Source of the DNA: Marsupella aquatica
Taxonomy: Eukaryota > Plantae > Marchantiophyta
DNA: 64,000 nt
Assembly: GCA_973895155.1 (NCBI GenBank)
Contig: OZ316892.1
Coordinates: 4,424,510 to 4,488,509 of the forward strand
Reading direction: 5' to 3'
Below, piece after piece: positions 62,040 through 64,000 of the stretch. Each line of letters opens with the position of its first letter. Within the stretch, counting starts at the first letter, position 1. Both the position numbers and the translations under genes were made by a program. The notes below the pieces were generated by a model. It was not told the origin of the DNA. It did not search any database and was given only the letters and a program-made list of their open reading frames with translations.

Positions 62040-64000
62040 TTGTTATTCCTTGTCTACTGAGGATCAGCCTTGAATGAAGATCAAAGAACAATGATATTAA
62101 CTATTCGGGCCAATTCAGAAATGGGGAGGAAATTCCAGGCATTATAGCCTGAAAAAGTTTGTAAGATGCTAAATGCCTCAGAAAATGTGTGTTTCTATTG
62201 ACATAGACCACAAACTCATGATCTGGCTAGGTGTCAGCAGATATCCAGAAAAGGTAGACCTAGAACACTCTTTGGCTGGGAACAATTTTTACAAAAGATT
62301 GGAAGCAAGTAATCATAAAGTTTGCCAATCAAAGAAGTTTCCCAATCTTTGTTTGCAAATCAGGTTACGACAGTAACTAAGTGTAGTTGGAAGGACTTCA
62401 CTTAGTACAAAGTTGCTTAAGTCTTAGTTAGAGAAAAGGTTTCGGTCCTAAGCCTTCTTTGGATGGTAAGATCTATTTGAGGTACAATTGGAATTAGAAA
62501 GTAAAAAAACAGCCCTCGTCAATGAATGTACTCTGGGGGCTGAATTTCATGACCTAGCTTTACCTAAAAAGTATCCATGTGCAATTTATAGGGGAGGTTT
62601 CTAGCCAGGTTATTTGAGTCAGTTATTTTTAATTTGTATAGCTTGTGGAAGACCATATCTGGTATATATTTGACCACACTGTCAATTTTTACAATTTTTT
62701 TTAACAAGAATCAAATTAAACTAGAAACTTGACTGTATTACATTAATGCCTTCATTGTAACTGCTCACGCTCAGTAAAAATGGAAAAACCCAATCCTTAG
62801 GTTCAAAGTCCACTCTGACATTTCTCTACAATTATAACCTATGTAACAAGAACATTTTTGAGAGTGCTCAATTGCAAGTTGGGGTCATACTCTATGACAA
62901 TTTAAGTATCCAAAGTAAAATATCCCATGGCATTTTGAAAGTCAGATCTGTCTTAGACACAAAGTGGCCACATAGAAAAGCCACATTGTTAATGATTGAG
63001 ATAATAGTGCAAATCCAACAAAACAATGAACACATGCATTTTGCCTGAATGTTATGCTCTTTGTTGACCTCAACGCAACCATAGGAGTATCTTTGTAGGG
63101 AAATTTGATATTAATTACGTACAATTTCATATTTTTTACATTTGTGCCCCCTCCTCCCCCCTCCCTCCCCTCCAACTAGTTAAAATTACTCACCTGCCTC
63201 CAAAACTGGATTTTTTTAAATCAGGTTGCCCATATTTTGCATGTGGGCTGGCTTAACCAGACTTGACTGACCTGAGATGGCAAGTAATTGGTCTACGGAA
63301 ATACTGTGGAGACTCATAATTTGTCCAAACTAACCCCTGGCTTCCAGCCATAAGAGATATGAGAGGGACCAAGATGCCAAAGTTTTTTCACTTTGATAGT
63401 AGTTGACACTTGCATTCTGGAGTGTCAGATGGGGGAACCTGGTCCAAGGTGAAGGTATAGATGGTTGGAGGGGGTTAGCGCAAGCCTCCGCATGTATAAT
63501 TAGAAAACCAATTACAGTGTGCCATCTCAGGTAACTAGCTAGTATAGTTGAGTGACGCCAACATGTAATATACAAAATGGGGGCTGGTTAATAATTTCAA
63601 CTAGTGCCCAGAAAGGCATGGCTTTGTGGTAGCTCACTTGAGTGGAGACTCATGGGTCTAGAGTTAAAATATTGTGACTGTCTGTTCCCTTTCTGTGGGG
63701 TTTCACATATTTCCCCTTTTAGAAATAATAATAATATTTCAACTAGTTTGGGGCCAGGGGTAGGATAGGATAGAACACATAGATTAAAATTTCTTCTCAA
63801 GTTATTGAAAGAGAAATCAGGATTGAATTGATTATATGTGGCCTAGATTTACAAATATATTTGGCCAGCCAATTAATCCTCAGCCAAATCCATACTATTA
63901 AGTTAGTATTCACTTGTCATTCAAAGAAGATTCAAAATAGATTTGATAGATTTTCCTTGAGTGAAGCTGATGGGAGCAAGGAAAGTAATCAGTTGAATAC

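Overview
Eukaryotic, intron-containing, transposon-rich land-plant DNA, probably a bryophyte or other non-seed plant (inference from gene and TE types; species not determinable). No rRNA, tRNA or CRISPR was found. Content: (1) a decayed Ty1/copia LTR retrotransposon (gag-PR-INT-RT-RH, PPT, 3' LTR) next to a ~188-bp tandem array; (2) a 287-bp MITE with an 8-bp TSD; (3) an intronless PADRE/DUF4228-like gene; (4) a ~116-bp hairpin-bearing satellite; (5) a composite of two convergent, 3'-truncated Bianca-type copia 5' ends (short LTR plus half-tRNA-Ile PBS) enclosing a 3'-truncated L1-clade LINE; (6) two paralogous LTI65/RD29B/CAP160-like stress genes, whose exon structures I reconstructed by hand, one with an extra intron and exon from tandem duplication; (7) a two-exon BTB/POZ gene with an internal helix duplication; (8) two unrecognised aromatic-rich ORFs embedded among tandem arrays at 60-62 kb. 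All family calls are by motif recognition only; no database search was run. I see no strong evidence of a wholly new biological system. The best leads are the TE chimera, the intron gain, the foldback-to-satellite repeat family and the orphan ORFs.
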